A stretch of DNA of 64,000 bases, taken from the IMG/VR virus record IMGVR_UViG_3300045988_014525, one strand, 5' to 3'. A model generated the notes under the pieces. The model was given only the letters and a program-made list of their open reading frames with translations. It was not told the DNA's origin and did no database searches. Positions 36,735-46,675 of this stretch are shown here, in pieces; position 1 is the stretch's first letter, and every line of letters starts with the position of its first letter. This stretch comes from a virus. Position numbers and translations under genes: made by a program.

Positions 36735-39557
36735 TTACATTAATTCTAAATGTTTACTTTGTAATCTATAACCACCGGGAGGATAAGGCATTGTATTAAC
36801 TGTACGTTTTTCAAATGCAGCTATATTTTCAATAATATAACAATATGCCGTTTCATCAGTAACACCACCATTACCTGAATTAAAATTTTCAATAGAAAAT
36901 ATAGATAAATCTAAAGTAGCAGCAGAACCAAGAATAACTCCCTCAGAAGTTGCCATTCCCCAATTACTTGGGTCTTTAATAGCTTGATCTTCTGTTTCAC
37001 CGGAAAGATAAAGACCTGTATAATAGAAATGATTAATAAAAGATTCTTCTCCAAGATAAACAGCTATTGGATTCAAAGACATATTTACTATTTTAATCTT
37101 TCCCCAATACTTAGTACTAGTATCTTCTCCATATATTGGAAGATGAATATTAATACTACATTTATTTTGATCAGATAAATCAGAACCAGTTATAACAATA
37201 TAAGTATTTTCAGAAGGATCTAATTGATAAATATAATTAGTATCTGTTCTTAAATCTACAAAAAGATATTTATTAAGTACTTGTTGAGATACTTCTCCTT
37301 TTACCATTTTAACATCACCAGTAGCAAAGTTAACTTGATAATTAGGTGTAAAATTCTCAGTACCAAAGTTTTCATATGCAGTAGTAGCTACACCATTAGC
37401 ATCAACTCCTTGTTGACTAAACATATAGTCACCATTGAATACAGCACTACCAATAAGACCATTAGCTATGATACCGATCTTAGTATATATAGCTTCGTAA
37501 CCTTCGAACTTAATCCAAAATCTTTGATTATTAGCAACAGAAGCACTAGGAGTACTATAAACTTGATCAGTACCTTTCCATGGGCCTTCATAATTAAGAA
37601 CATAGAAATTACCATCAGCAGGGTCATATACATAAGGAGCTTTATATTCATCAGAAGTATAAGACTTAGTAGAATCGTAAATACCCTGAGGATAGATAAT
37701 CTGATTATGTCCATCAGAACCCGGAAGTCCATTTGTTCCAGTAAGTTTAAAAGGAGTACTCCAATCTAATTCAAGAGAACCAACTTTATCTTCATTATCT
37801 GAATAATGAATACGAGTTTGAATACACCATATATAAAGTTTCTCTTCCGTAGGAACAGGAACTTCTAATGACCAACCAGTAGGAGTACGTTGTTTAGCAA
37901 TAGTTGAATTAAACGTAGCATCCGGATTAATATCAGTTCCTAGAGAATATCTAGCTTCAATAGAAATTCCCGGAAGTCCATCAATACCATTACTACCATT
38001 TACTCCATCTCTACCAGCAGGACCGGTATCACCTTTCTTACCAGCTTCGCCAGTAATACATACAGGATCTTCCCAATATCCTTCAATAGCATTACTAGGA
38101 AGAATAGTTGCTTTAGTCATCCACATATAAGGGGATTCAGTAGTAAGAGTTGGAAACTCAACAGTCCAAGCAGCACCCGGATTTCTATCTGATCTAGCAA
38201 TACTAGGATGTTCTGTTGCACTAGAAGAACTAGCAAATCTAAACTCAGTATGTTTACCATCTTGAGCATCTCCATCTCTACCATTGACTGGAATGACATC
38301 AGACCAACTAACTACTTTATTAGAAGAACCATCAACAGTACCAATACATTGCCACCATTGTCCATCATTAGAATCCGGACTATCTTTCCAACCAGCAGGA
38401 ATTAATTCTTGACTAGTAGGTTTAGCAGGAATAGTAGCAGACTTAGCATAGATATAAGTTTTCCAATTAGGAACTGTACCATCTGTACCATTAGTACCAT
38501 CAGCTCCCGGTTTTCCACTCATAAGTACAGGACCTGCCCAATTACTTGCAAGAGTTCCATCAATATTAATCTGAGCAAATATTCCCCAAACAGCACCGCT
38601 ACCACTAGGAATAGTAGTAGACCAAGCAGAACCGGGATTAATATTATCTTCATCAAACGGAGGAGCGTTAACATAATCAATAGTTTTTTGGTACATCATA
38701 CGAACTCCAACACCTGATTGTCCATCTTCTGCATTAATACGAATAGGAGCACTCCATTGACCTTCGAGTTTACCGTCATTAAACATTCCAATAGTCATCC
38801 AAAGATATTGTCCTTTATCCATTGTAGGAACAATATCAGACCACTCTGAACCGGGATCGTTAGCATTACGATTAATAGCAGGTGCATCACTAGGAGATGT
38901 ATTAACTGCATATTTGAAATTATAATATTTTCCAGCAACACCATCTTCACCAGTGCATTTAATAGGAGTAGACCAACTTGTTACTTTACCTGTTGCACCA
39001 CGTACTTCACCAACTGACATCCACCAAATACCAACAGCTGTTGGAACATCTGACCATCCTGTTGGAACGATATCTTCCCCCGTAGGAGGGTCTGGTTGTG
39101 TAGCAGATTGTTTAAAAACAAATGTCTTCCAATTAGGAACAGTACCTGCTTCACCTGCTGGAATACCAAACTCTAAATCATATAACGGAGTACCGGATTC
39201 ATCAGCTCCTTTATATACTACTTCAGCAGTAGGAGCTGCACCTTCGGGAAGAGCTAAAGCAATAGCTTTATCAAACTTTGGAGTCTTACCTGCTTCTCCA
39301 CCTCCACCGCCACTTCCGTTATTCTTAACGACAAGATCAGCATCTCTTACACCACCGTTGAACCAAAATTCTTGTATCGTACTATTCACTCGAATACCTA
39401 CTGTTAGACCAATAGCACGTAATTCATTAGGAATATTAGAAAGAGCTTCGGCAATAGAACTGTAAGGGCCATACTTAAAGTCAAGATTAGGATACGGTTT
39501 AAAATCTTTATCAGTTGCATTGTTATTAATCAACTGACCAACAGTAATTACATTCAT
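36735..39557 (-). CDS. tail fibre protein (940 aa) with a shared N-terminal anchor module, six Trp-containing repeats and short collagen-like G-X-Y runs
   Basis: Uninterrupted ORF. A GSGGGGG linker is encoded at 39294-39320. The repeated units have the form ..W(S/T)..P......W.........G....WS.P. A G-X-Y run (GEAGKKGDTGPAGRDGVNGSNGIDGLPG) lies at about 37970-38055. Confidence 0.75.
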   Translation of the reverse strand: MNVITVGQLINNNATDKDFKPYPNLDFKYGPYSSIAEALSNIPNELRAIGLTVGIRVNSTIQEFWFNGGVRDADLVVKNNGSGGGGGEAGKTPKFDKAIALALPEGAAPTAEVVYKGADESGTPLYDLEFGIPAGEAGTVPNWKTFVFKQSATQPDPPTGEDIVPTGWSDVPTAVGIWWMSVGEVRGATGKVTSWSTPIKCTGEDGVAGKYYNFKYAVNTSPSDAPAINRNANDPGSEWSDIVPTMDKGQYLWMTIGMFNDGKLEGQWSAPIRINAEDGQSGVGVRMMYQKTIDYVNAPPFDEDNINPGSAWSTTIPSGSGAVWGIFAQINIDGTLASNWAGPVLMSGKPGADGTNGTDGTVPNWKTYIYAKSATIPAKPTSQELIPAGWKDSPDSNDGQWWQCIGTVDGSSNKVVSWSDVIPVNGRDGDAQDGKHTEFRFASSSSATEHPSIARSDRNPGAAWTVEFPTLTTESPYMWMTKATILPSNAIEGYWEDPVCITGEAGKKGDTGPAGRDGVNGSNGIDGLPGISIEARYSLGTDINPDATFNSTIAKQRTPTGWSLEVPVPTEEKLYIWCIQTRIHYSDNEDKVGSLELDWSTPFKLTGTNGLPGSDGHNQIIYPQGIYDSTKSYTSDEYKAPYVYDPADGNFYVLNYEGPWKGTDQVYSTPSASVANNQRFWIKFEGYEAIYTKIGIIANGLIGSAVFNGDYMFSQQGVDANGVATTAYENFGTENFTPNYQVNFATGDVKMVKGEVSQQVLNKYLFVDLRTDTNYIYQLDPSENTYIVITGSDLSDQNKCSINIHLPIYGEDTSTKYWGKIKIVNMSLNPIAVYLGEESFINHFYYTGLYLSGETEDQAIKDPSNWGMATSEGVILGSAATLDLSIFSIENFNSGNGGVTDETAYCYIIENIAAFEKRTVNTMPYPPGGYRLQSKHLELM
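39074..39090 (+). repeat. GC-rich dispersed element copy (GTAG variant)
   Basis: CTTCCCCCGTAGGAGGG. It is antisense in the 940-aa ORF (PPTGED). The paralogous internal repeat at 38401-38420 lacks it. Confidence 0.8.
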
Positions 39558-39558
39558 A

Positions 39559-40218
39559 TTATCTTATACTAAAATTAAGTTTAATATCTTCTTTAAAACT
39601 TCCCATAGGAGAATAGAAAAAGTAAACAGTATAATGAATACCATCGACTACTTCATTATTAATCATTCTACGATAAGCACCATCAGCAGGAGCAACTTCT
39701 TTCCATAATGTGGTAGTTAGAACATCTCCAAATTCAGAGTTATCAAGAGAAACACTATCGGGAACAATAACAAAATGAATACTTTGTTCTTGTTTAATAA
39801 TGACACTTTGATTTTCTTCATCTCGAATATCTAAAGCAACATGAGGAAGAGCAATAATATCTGCAACACTCATCTCTTTAAATGTAAGAGGTGGAATATT
39901 AGTATGACCAATATATACATTAATTGGTTTAGCTTCAATTGCTTCTTTACATTCTAATCGTAGCTGAGCTATAATATAATTAATAAGAAGATCAGCTTTC
40001 TTCTCTTCTCCTAATTGATAAGCAGCACAAGCAGCTTGAAACATATTCCAACAATTAATAACTTGACGATTAACTCCTTTACAAGTAGAAGTACAATCTT
40101 TGATCAAGTCAATACCTAAGTCGGAAACCATAATCAACAACTTAGTATATACACAGTTGTATTTAAAAGGAACAGTAAGATACACATAAGTACCATCTTC
40201 GTTTTGTATCATAAGCAA
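39559..40218 (-). CDS. structural-module protein (219 aa), function unknown
   Basis: ORF in the track, 1-nt gap to the fibre gene. Confidence 0.7.
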   Translation of the reverse strand: MLMIQNEDGTYVYLTVPFKYNCVYTKLLIMVSDLGIDLIKDCTSTCKGVNRQVINCWNMFQAACAAYQLGEEKKADLLINYIIAQLRLECKEAIEAKPINVYIGHTNIPPLTFKEMSVADIIALPHVALDIRDEENQSVIIKQEQSIHFVIVPDSVSLDNSEFGDVLTTTLWKEVAPADGAYRRMINNEVVDGIHYTVYFFYSPMGSFKEDIKLNFSIR

Positions 40219-40424
40219 ACTAATTTAGAATACATTTCATTTACGTTTTCTTTTTGTTCTTTGGATAAATCCTCGTACACATTTTGCATATGCTGTAAAA
40301 CAATGCAGCAGTAGTATATACAAATATCGTCATTATTAACGACATATCCAAGAGAACTGAGATGTGCCATTTGCACACCTCGTTCTATTGATTCATCAAT
40401 AACTCTTTCAAAATTAACTTTCAT
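40209..40424 (-). CDS. small protein (71 aa), function unknown
   Basis: ORF in the track, with short overlaps with both neighbours. Confidence 0.55.
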   Translation of the reverse strand: MKVNFERVIDESIERGVQMAHLSSLGYVVNNDDICIYYCCIVLQHMQNVYEDLSKEQKENVNEMYSKLVCL

Positions 40425-41038
40425 TATTTTAATGTGTTATTCGTTATATAAGTAATGTAAGACTGAAATTTAATGTTCAACTTGTTACTAAAACTAAGTA
40501 TCTTATCTTCTTTGCTAAGACTAGCATTATAAATAATCTCAATAATTGATTTTTCAATAACAGCCATCCATTGCTTTTGCATAAAGTCAGAAGGTTTAGC
40601 GCCATTGATCTTATACATAGATAAAGTAGAAAATACCGTATAATATTCAGCATTTATAATGTTATGAATATTAGACAGTATATTATCTTTATTAGTATCA
40701 ATATGATTATTAATAATAGTAGTAGAAACAAAAGAAATAATTCGCATAGCAGAAGCATACATTGAATCTTCAATAGCAGCCTTACACTTATCCTTATCTT
40801 TATTGACTATATTCTTCGTAATATCAGTTACGAACGTAGATAACTCAAGTAGCGACAACGATAGTTTATCAAGTGTTGTACTTACTTTAATTACAAACTT
40901 TTCTGAATCAGACTTCTTACGATTGTCTAGCCATTTATAGAGAAGTAAGAATATAGCAACTACGACTACGGATGCTATACCTTGACTAAGCGCAGATTCT
41001 AATATTTCTTTCATGATGTAAATGAATAAAGGGATCAC
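40424..41038 (-). CDS. 204-aa protein with an N-terminal transmembrane segment
   Basis: ORF in the track with the hydrophobic stretch IASVVVVAIFLLLY. The true start may be the Met at residue 9 (MKEILES). Confidence 0.65.
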   Translation of the reverse strand: MIPLFIYIMKEILESALSQGIASVVVVAIFLLLYKWLDNRKKSDSEKFVIKVSTTLDKLSLSLLELSTFVTDITKNIVNKDKDKCKAAIEDSMYASAMRIISFVSTTIINNHIDTNKDNILSNIHNIINAEYYTVFSTLSMYKINGAKPSDFMQKQWMAVIEKSIIEIIYNASLSKEDKILSFSNKLNIKFQSYITYITNNTLK

Positions 41039-41110
41039 TATTAGTAATTAGACCAATAGCAATCCCTTTAATTAATATTTAGCTTTTTGTTATACTGCTG
41101 GGTCTGGAGC

Positions 41111-42007
41111 TTATCCCTCAGAAGTAACAGGTTGACTGTCAACTGAAGAAAGAGCAGTGAAGATTTTATCAAGAGTAGCTATTGATGCAGAACCAGTAGG
41201 AACAGCAAGATAAACAATACTCTTAACGTTTTCAGTATTACCACTTCTAAGATTACGGGAATTGTAGAATGTCAAAGCGTAAGTTGTCCAGCCTGTCGCA
41301 CTCGAACGAACAGGAAGTTTGTACAGCTGAATAGCATCACGTTCAGTAGCATTGATACCTTCTGCACCAATACAACGAAGTTGCAATTCTTTCAAGAATG
41401 CATCATCGTTAATAGGAGCAACACCTTTAGTATTAACTGTAACCGTAGCACCAAATAGTTTATCACCTACAACAACATTCCAATTCTGATAATCTTTAGC
41501 AGTAATAGTAATCTTAGCAGCCGAAGCAGTAGCAGTAAATCCTTCGTTCTTACCAAGAGCTTTAAGTTCATCTGCTAAACGTTTTGCAACAGTAGTAGCA
41601 GTATCTCCTTCTGTGGCACGAGTAGAAGAACTCCATTTATAACGTTCATTAAGAACAGTTCCCGGTTTTACCATAGTAATGGTATAATCCTTATCCTTTA
41701 CGGGGGTGGGAACAGTAATATCAACACTTAGATTAGTACCTGCTGCATATTCTGTCTTTGCATACTCAAAGCGATAAGTGTCTATATCGAGAACACTATT
41801 GTAATAATCGCTAGCATTAGCAAAAGCTCCGCCACCTATAAATATAGAGAAGCGAGGAATACGTCTAGCAGGAGCATCTGTAATAACCGCACCAGTATCA
41901 TCATACAATGCGATTGCACCTTCCGCAATACCAGCTTCACCTATCTCGTTAATACTAGCAGGAGTAGTGGCAAGAGCGACGTTTTTAGCGAAAAGAAGTC
42001 TTTCCAT
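41111..42007 (-). CDS. abundant-looking virion protein (298 aa), function unknown
   Basis: ORF in the track. G+C and G/C-ending codon use are visibly higher than in neighbours, as in the capsid gene. It lies in the head module. Confidence 0.7.
   Translation of the reverse strand: MERLLFAKNVALATTPASINEIGEAGIAEGAIALYDDTGAVITDAPARRIPRFSIFIGGGAFANASDYYNSVLDIDTYRFEYAKTEYAAGTNLSVDITVPTPVKDKDYTITMVKPGTVLNERYKWSSSTRATEGDTATTVAKRLADELKALGKNEGFTATASAAKITITAKDYQNWNVVVGDKLFGATVTVNTKGVAPINDDAFLKELQLRCIGAEGINATERDAIQLYKLPVRSSATGWTTYALTFYNSRNLRSGNTENVKSIVYLAVPTGSASIATLDKIFTALSSVDSQPVTSEG
41694..41710 (-). repeat. GC-rich dispersed element copy
   Basis: The plus strand reads TCCTTTACGGGGGTGGG. It is sense in the 298-aa ORF (PTPVKD). 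Confidence 0.9.
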
Positions 42008-42008
42008 A

Positions 42009-42668
42009 TTATTCTAATTTAGATAATTCATTTGAAACTCTCTCGTAACTATCATTATTAGAGATAGCATTATAAGTATTAACTGCTCGTTCAATAACTT
42101 TCTGCATAGCTATATCGGATAGTTCATTAGTAGTATCTGTTTCAAGATTAACAAGAGTAGGATATTTAATATAAGTTACTACAAACTTACTTATATCAAA
42201 GTTTCCAATAACTTCAATACCATCTTCTAGTTTATAACAAATAGGACTAACTGCAACTGATTTACTATGATAATCATTTTGAGTTTGAGGAACATAATCA
42301 ATTTCAATCAATCGACATTTTGCTAGCACCTCCCCCGTAAGGGAGCTAACAGATATCAAATACATTATCTGTGGAATAAACACAGTAGTATTAATTCGAT
42401 AACCTTTACCAAAAGTAATATCTGTTTTTCTAGGACTAACAATAGGACGATTAACTAACAAAGGATCAAGTTCGTTAAGTCTTATAACATTATCAGAGAT
42501 ACCATCGAGTTCGCGATTGCCTTTACGAGAGAATATATCTCTAACATAATTAATACTTTCAGTATTAATCAGTTCATCAATTTGTTCAGGAAGTATTGCC
42601 CGAACAGTTTTCATTCCCATTTGTTGTGCAAGTAGCACGAACCGATCATGTATCTCTGTAATCTTCAT
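42009..42668 (-). CDS. head/connector-module protein (219 aa)
   Basis: ORF in the track, 1-nt gap to the next gene. Confidence 0.7.
   Translation of the reverse strand: MKITEIHDRFVLLAQQMGMKTVRAILPEQIDELINTESINYVRDIFSRKGNRELDGISDNVIRLNELDPLLVNRPIVSPRKTDITFGKGYRINTTVFIPQIMYLISVSSLTGEVLAKCRLIEIDYVPQTQNDYHSKSVAVSPICYKLEDGIEVIGNFDISKFVVTYIKYPTLVNLETDTTNELSDIAMQKVIERAVNTYNAISNNDSYERVSNELSKLE
42329..42345 (+). repeat. GC-rich dispersed element copy
   Basis: CCTCCCCCGTAAGGGAG. It is antisense in the 219-aa ORF (SLTGEV) and has a CTCCC/GGGAG stem. Confidence 0.9.
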
Positions 42669-42676
42669 AACAATAG

Positions 42677-43849
42677 TTATAATTGAACCTTGATTTCCAA
42701 ACCTTTACGGAACTGAGCATTCTCTGGATTATTGAAATAAGCAATTGCTTCTTTCATGTTAGAACCAATAAATGCTGCTTCGGGAGTAAGTATTGTCTGA
42801 TTAACATCAGAACGAACAAGTTCACCTTTAGCAATAAGTTCTTCAATAAGAGCTTGGGTAGTAAGGTTATTGTTGTTAAACATTTTGTTAAATTTCTCCG
42901 GTTCACGAATAGCGTAATCATCAAGCATCTTTTCTTTAACGCTTTCATCAAGATTAAGACTTGTGATAACATCTGTTCCAGTAGAAGCACAATAACAAAC
43001 AAACATTGCTTTGAACTTTTCTGCGTCATCGAGAAGATCGAGATAATTTCTACGAGCTTTATTAGATTGAATACGAAGACGTTTAGCTCTATTCTGTTCT
43101 CTCTGTTCATCACGAATATAGAAACGAACACGAGGATTAAAATGAATAACCTGTGTATCCTTTGCTACATCGGGATAGAACAAACAGTGACGAAAGGCAA
43201 TGTAGTGTTCAATGTTATCGGGACGTCCATATTGATAACGAGTAGACTCTAAAGCATTAAGTTCAATAACATAGTTATTGATAGCTTCTTTCAGCAACTT
43301 AGCAGTAGACTTATCAGCATTTTCATATGCTTCAATAATAGTCTGTTCTTTAATTGCGTATTTCAGATAATCTTCTTTTCTTCTCCAACGAAAATCACAA
43401 TTAAATTCATAACCGTCCATAGGAACTGGAATAGAGATATTCTGAAACCAACGAGAAACTCGTTCTTGGAATTTAGTATCGTTAGCGGAGCAACCAACAA
43501 TAGCAGGCATGTAAGCAGCCATTTCTTCTGCATTACTAGCAAGCATTCTAGCCGAATTGATACTTCCACCGATACTATCATGACGATCTTGAATATATTG
43601 TCTGTTGATTTGTCTATAAACAGAACCAACTGTAATATCGGCAGTAAGACCAATTTTAATCTTTCTTACTTCTTTGAATTCTTTATCTAAACCATCTTTC
43701 TCTTTAAGAGCTTCTGTATAGGTTTCTTTCAAAGTCTTTTCCTTATCGGATTTAGTAGGAGCTTTGGGAACAGGATTAGTAACGGCAGTATTAACACCGT
43801 TACTAGCAATACCTGCTATATTGATCCCTTTTTCTATTTTTCCTTCCAT
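42677..43849 (-). CDS. head-module protein (390 aa) immediately downstream of the capsid gene
   Basis: ORF in the track; the call is positional only. Confidence 0.7.
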   Translation of the reverse strand: MEGKIEKGINIAGIASNGVNTAVTNPVPKAPTKSDKEKTLKETYTEALKEKDGLDKEFKEVRKIKIGLTADITVGSVYRQINRQYIQDRHDSIGGSINSARMLASNAEEMAAYMPAIVGCSANDTKFQERVSRWFQNISIPVPMDGYEFNCDFRWRRKEDYLKYAIKEQTIIEAYENADKSTAKLLKEAINNYVIELNALESTRYQYGRPDNIEHYIAFRHCLFYPDVAKDTQVIHFNPRVRFYIRDEQREQNRAKRLRIQSNKARRNYLDLLDDAEKFKAMFVCYCASTGTDVITSLNLDESVKEKMLDDYAIREPEKFNKMFNNNNLTTQALIEELIAKGELVRSDVNQTILTPEAAFIGSNMKEAIAYFNNPENAQFRKGLEIKVQL

Positions 43850-43868
43850 TATAATATAAGTTTAAATG

Positions 43869-45341
43869 TTACAATGAGCAACGAAGAATAAACATCTTCT
43901 CAGCACGGTTAACTTGCAGACCACGAGACATCTTAACTTCGTAAGTAGATTTATCAATCTCAGTAGCAATTGCTCTATCTGGAACAGCACCCCAAGACGG
44001 AGGAATCGGAGTAAGACCTTTAAGAACACCTACAAGATAAGACTGACCTTTCATACGAACCATACGGATATTACGTTCTCCATTGTAAGTAGAATTGTCA
44101 ATGAACATCAACTGATGTGAACACATTGGCAAACCAGTACGAGGATGAATATTACCGTTAGCACGGTCAAGTTCTGCAATCGGAGACTTATCCAAGAAAG
44201 GAAGATGAACAGCAGTAATAGTATGTCCGTCAATAGTTTTATATTTACGGAAGTATTTACCATAAGTAAGACCTCCGCCTTCTTCACCGATCATCTTATC
44301 TCCAAGCGGAGTAATGAATCCTTCTGATTTAGCTTCGCCTCTCATTGATTCATCGAAATCTTCAAGACCTCCGCGACCTGCAAACAAAGTAATTTGCATA
44401 GCACCTGTATCAGTATCTTTGTCGAGAACGTCACCAACAGTACGTTTCAACTTAGATAACGGCAAGTATTCGCCATAAGTATCATAGTTAGATTCTTCGA
44501 GGATTTCAAACATACCAGCAGTTTCGGGAATCGGCTGATCATTATCCCAGTCTTTCATATCAATAGTACCGTTAGGAGTACGATTGTATTTAGATGTCCA
44601 AATATCAATCTCATTAGAGATACGCATCTGTACATCGAACTGTCTCATCTCTTCGTTAATCCAACGAGTATCAGTTCCACCACCACGAGTTTTAAAGGCA
44701 TAGTTAACAATAACATTACTAATGTTACCAGCAATTTCTTTAGTATAACGTTTGAAACCAAGTTGAGACTTCATCATACCCGGCCCCATAACATTACTCT
44801 TATTACCTTTAGAATAAGATTCCGGAATACTTGGAGACAACATACACCAGTACTTACCTTTCTCGAAGTTCTCTGGATCTACATAAGCTGACTTATCGGG
44901 ATTCTTAATACGAAGAGCATACTTATGTCCACCATGAGTTCCAGGACCTAGATCACGCATAATACGAACAGTTGTTCCATCAGGTGACATAAGACCGAAC
45001 TGTTCAATGAATAGACCAGTAGCAAATTCAACTTCAATAGTTTTACCACCAATACCCGGAGTAGTATCTGCCATATTAAACCAAACAACATAGTCATTAG
45101 TTTTCATACGACCCATAGTCTTCCAAGTCCATTCAACAGTAGAAATATCACGAACACCAGCAGCTCCTTGACCTTCTGTTAAGAAAGTAAGAGGAAAACG
45201 ATCATCATCCATACCATAAGTATAGGTAAGGAAGTTATTTATTTCCTCTGGCTTTTGAAGCATTAATGCAGCTAGAGATTGCTCATTAGAGTAACCTCTA
45301 TCATCATATCTACCTCTTTCGACTTCTCTTAGTTTATACAT
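43869..45341 (-). CDS. major capsid protein (490 aa)
   Basis: It follows terL, portal and the scaffold-like ORF in canonical order. Its size is typical for HK97-fold coat proteins of crAss-like phages. G+C is raised, as expected for a highly expressed gene. There is no motif-level proof. Confidence 0.6.
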   Translation of the reverse strand: MYKLREVERGRYDDRGYSNEQSLAALMLQKPEEINNFLTYTYGMDDDRFPLTFLTEGQGAAGVRDISTVEWTWKTMGRMKTNDYVVWFNMADTTPGIGGKTIEVEFATGLFIEQFGLMSPDGTTVRIMRDLGPGTHGGHKYALRIKNPDKSAYVDPENFEKGKYWCMLSPSIPESYSKGNKSNVMGPGMMKSQLGFKRYTKEIAGNISNVIVNYAFKTRGGGTDTRWINEEMRQFDVQMRISNEIDIWTSKYNRTPNGTIDMKDWDNDQPIPETAGMFEILEESNYDTYGEYLPLSKLKRTVGDVLDKDTDTGAMQITLFAGRGGLEDFDESMRGEAKSEGFITPLGDKMIGEEGGGLTYGKYFRKYKTIDGHTITAVHLPFLDKSPIAELDRANGNIHPRTGLPMCSHQLMFIDNSTYNGERNIRMVRMKGQSYLVGVLKGLTPIPPSWGAVPDRAIATEIDKSTYEVKMSRGLQVNRAEKMFILRCSL

Positions 45342-45368
45342 ATCAATTTAATTTAGTTAGTTAACTCG

Positions 45369-46634
45369 TTAAGACAATATTAAATCATTGTTATCAACGG
45401 GCTTATTACCTTTGTTTCCACTATTCAGAACTAACGTCTTGCGAGTAGCAGCTTGTTGGGCTTGAGTTCTAAGTTTAACAACCTTTTCTTTATTAACAGC
45501 CATATTAACAAGACTAGAATAGTTACCACCTGTAAATCTAAGATACGCTCTAAGTAAATCATCCTGCATACGAGAATTACTATCTACTTTAGCTTCATCT
45601 AACATATAAGCAGTATTTCCTTCATCATCAACAACTTTAGTAAGATACTTCTGAAAATCTGCACGAGTAGCAACAGTAGTCTTACCATCAAAAGTACGTT
45701 GAATAGTTTCGGGAATCTTATAACCTAGAATTTCACCTTTAGCAATAGTTTCATCTACAGATTTCCAATAAGCATCAATTGCAGCTCTTTCTTCTGCTTC
45801 GGCAGCTTCGCGTTTAGCAGTTTGTTCAGCACGACGATCATTGTAAATCTCAGCAACAGTTTTATTTGATTCAACAGCAGTATCATAAAGAATACCGGAA
45901 GCTTTCAGATAGTCAATATAAGAATTAACGTTTCCTTTCTTTCCTTCGAGTGCCCATTCTTCTTTGATAACAGCAATCTGTTGTTCTTCATTATCTTTGT
46001 CAATAACAACATCTGATCTATCTGGAATTTCATTAAATCCTTCAATAGAACCATTTAGTTTCAAATGAGAATAAGCCTGTTCAAGAACAGGATATTGTTT
46101 AAACAGATTGTTAATAGCAACTTCTTCACGTTCTTGCATACGAGCTTGAAGTACAGTATTAATATAACTATTAATACCTTCAACAGAATCTTCGAATACA
46201 ATTTGATTACCATTTTCATCTTTGAAATCAGCACCAAAACGTTCTTGCAAAACACTAAGAACAGAAGGCTCTTCTGTTGTATTAGCAGCAATAAGTGCTT
46301 GAAGTTCTTCTGATGTTTTAACGATAGTACCATTAGCATCTACTGCATTGCCTTGTGCATCAACAGTACAAGGAATATCATCAATAGTAACTTGATCGCC
46401 TTCAGCTACTGTTACATTTTGATTATTATTAGCAGTATTGTTATCTGTTTGAGTAGTTGTATCTTCCCCCGTAGAGGGACTTTGCTGATTGTTTCCTTCG
46501 TTACTACCTTTGTCTTCCGGAGCAGGAGGATTAGTAATAGTAGTAGTATCAGAACCATTATCAACAGTAGTATCAGCAGTACCATTATCAATACTGTCAA
46601 TACTTAAATCAAGTTCTTCATTAATAACTCCCAT
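45369..46634 (-). CDS. scaffold-like protein (421 aa) with an acidic low-complexity N-terminus and a coiled-coil C-terminal half
   Basis: ORF between the portal and capsid genes. The N-terminus is rich in D/E/N/T, with a charged helical region EAAEAEERAA. It is the first gene after a 390-nt noncoding island that carries a TATATTTG box. Confidence 0.5.
   Translation of the reverse strand: MGVINEELDLSIDSIDNGTADTTVDNGSDTTTITNPPAPEDKGSNEGNNQQSPSTGEDTTTQTDNNTANNNQNVTVAEGDQVTIDDIPCTVDAQGNAVDANGTIVKTSEELQALIAANTTEEPSVLSVLQERFGADFKDENGNQIVFEDSVEGINSYINTVLQARMQEREEVAINNLFKQYPVLEQAYSHLKLNGSIEGFNEIPDRSDVVIDKDNEEQQIAVIKEEWALEGKKGNVNSYIDYLKASGILYDTAVESNKTVAEIYNDRRAEQTAKREAAEAEERAAIDAYWKSVDETIAKGEILGYKIPETIQRTFDGKTTVATRADFQKYLTKVVDDEGNTAYMLDEAKVDSNSRMQDDLLRAYLRFTGGNYSSLVNMAVNKEKVVKLRTQAQQAATRKTLVLNSGNKGNKPVDNNDLILS
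46463..46479 (+). repeat. GC-rich dispersed element copy (GTAG variant)
   Basis: CTTCCCCCGTAGAGGGA. It is antisense in the scaffold-like ORF (PSTGED). Confidence 0.8.
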
Positions 46635-46667
46635 ATAAATATGTTTTTGGTTAATATTACTTTGTCA

Positions 46668-46675
46668 CAAATATA
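46668..46675 (-). promoter_or_regulatory. Bacteroidota-type -7 box TATATTTG
   Basis: The minus strand reads TATATTTGTGACAAAG, about 33 nt upstream of the ATG at 46634, after the portal terminator. Confidence 0.5.

Noticed and set aside
38953-39465. Antisense and shadow ORFs in the track. Examples are 38953..39465 (+), 37281..37769 (+), 42683..43252 (+), 47804..48439 (+), 50307..50759 (+), 11057..11548 (+), 10379..10753 (+) and 58831..59262 (-). Further examples are 57964..58350 (+) and 57981..58319 (-).
   Set aside because: All lie entirely within much longer ORFs on the other strand or in another frame. They have low-complexity Ile/Asn/Ser/Leu-rich translations and lack gene-like spacing. 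They are treated as noncoding shadows.
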